NCBI RefSeq assembly: GCF_004010195.1
Contig: NC_057718.1
Span: 55,274,196 to 55,338,195, forward strand
Source: Chiloscyllium plagiosum
Lineage: Eukaryota
Direction of reading: 5' to 3'
Length of the DNA: 64,000 nucleotides
Part shown: piece by piece, positions 62,636 to 64,000 of the stretch
Layout of the letters: each line of letters starts with the position of its first letter
How positions within the stretch are numbered: position 1 is the stretch's first letter
Program-made: the position numbers and the translations under genes
The notes under the pieces: generated by a model
Databases searched by the model: none
What the model was told of the DNA's origin: nothing
What the model saw: only the letters and a program-made list of their open reading frames with translations

Positions 62636-63639
62636 GTTTCATAGTATAATTTAACTTTTGTTGTTTTTCAAAAATTGACTTCGATATAGGATGTTAATAA
62701 ATTGATTGAGCACTAAATTGAAATTTGTCACCTCAGTACCATTTCAGAGCATCGGAAAGAGATTCTTTTTCTCTGAAAACTGCTAATTCCTTTAAATATT
62801 AACCAAGGTGGAAACCCTGTTGGAAATAGGTAATGGGAGAGTGAAACTGAGCTGATTACTGTGGCATACTCTGTAATCCAGTACTTTAATTGGACAGGTT
62901 TGTAGTATCACAGATCACTTGACAGTTGATTGGCCAACTTTATTTATGGCTCTGTGATTCATTTCCTTCTGTTCTAGGTAAACCAACAAATTGATGATTA
63001 AATTAGTCATCTGATTCTAGCAACCAAAACAGGCACCTTATTGATGTTGTATTCTAGATTTTTTTCTGAGTAAGTAAGTTGGATTAGAAGCAATGAATAG
63101 TAGCACTGGGTTGCCAACTAACCAAAAAATTGGTAGTTTTAGCATCTAGTTAAATTGCATCCAGTTATTGAACACTGATACAGCCAAAAGAAGGGAGAGC
63201 TTCCTGCATACTTGGGTGTCCTTGTTAATTTGATTCTGGAAATGTTCAGTTGACTTTGCTTCAGGCAGTGGTTAACCCCAATATTCTTAAATTAGGGATT
63301 TTTTGAAAAATAATAATTTCTTAAATAATGATGTCAAATAAACCCTGCTAAATTGCTGCAAAGTATGACAATGTATTGTGTAAGTCCTTGTTTCACCCCA
63401 TAGCCTCCTACGGGGTAAATGCTGAGATAATGTGAAGCAACATTGCTAATCAAACTAATGTGCCTTTTTTTTCTTTAAAAATGCAGATGGGATTACTAAT
63501 GGAATCTGTCAGTCATGTTTCAGTAGCTCTTACTATAATAAGCCCTTGTGTGCCATTTGTAATCAATAGCATAAAGAGCAAAAGCATTGCATAGGTTTCC
63601 TGTCACCTGTGTCTTTACCAAATTCTATTGATTTCCAAC

Positions 63640-64000
63640 ACCTCAGTGTATTGATTGTAAATCCTAGTCTACAGTTCTCTGAAATGTTCCACAGGTACGC
63701 ATTCACTAAACAGCCCCACAGCCCTGTGGCCGACACTTTAACTCCCCCTCCCACTCTGCCAAGGATATGCAAGTCCTGGGCCTCATCCACTGCCAAACTC
63801 TAGCCATCTGACGCCTGGAGGAAGAATGCCTCATCTTTCACCTTGGGACCCTCCAACCATATGGGATCAATGTCAATTTCATCAGTTTCCTCATTACTCC
63901 TCTTCTCCCCCCCACCCCCCTCCTCCCTTGGGCCACCCCCGATTCCTCACGAAGAGCTCATGCTTGAAATGTTGACTCTCCTGCTCCTCGGATGCTGCCT
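63640..64000 (+). mobile_element. Penelope-like element 3' end (GIY-YIG C-terminus plus degenerate hammerhead), runs off the window
   Basis: RLEEECLIFHLGTLQPYGINVNFISF read manually from about 63812; then ctcacgaa-GAGC-tcat-GCTT-gaaatgttgactctcctgctcctcggatgctgcct. Confidence 0.82.

Larger units (their letters stand above)
2086..64000 (+). other. SPTBN1: SPTBN1 intron (more than 61.9 kb, runs off the window; contains the alternative first exon)
   Basis: GT donor at 2086. No exon encoding the expected next peptide (EREAVQKKTFTKWVNSHL) was seen by eye or in the ORF track. Confidence 0.75.

Overview
This is vertebrate, not prokaryotic, DNA. The repeat content (HE1/V-SINE-like tRNA SINEs, CR1 LINEs with (CTATGACT)n tails, Penelope elements) points to a cartilaginous fish; this is an inference. 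The window is the 5' part of the beta-II spectrin gene SPTBN1 on the + strand. The first coding exon of the long isoform is at 1897-2085 ([24 protein letters not shown]...RIKALA, phase-1 donor). About 38 kb downstream is an alternative first coding exon missed by the ORF track (40228-40336, MEIHRTSSMSGPLSTGFPSQIPYNYNQLEGRFKQLQ, phase-1 donor). It matches the N-terminus of the short beta-II spectrin isoform. I did not find the shared downstream exon (D-EREAVQKKTFTKW...), so the remainder is intron. The intron is filled with decayed or nested CR1, L2, Rex1/Babar-like, L1/Tx1-like and Penelope-like retroelements, SINEs and one MITE. Nearly all ORF-track entries are repeat remnants or noise. The most notable structure is a set of Penelope-derived fold-back insertions (about 0.2-3.6 kb, most with target-site duplications). 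They carry minimal hammerhead-ribozyme motifs (CUGAUGA-stem II-GAAAC-GUC) in head-to-head pairs, with stem-II covariation across families. Repeat boundaries are approximate and all family names come from motif recognition, not a database search.
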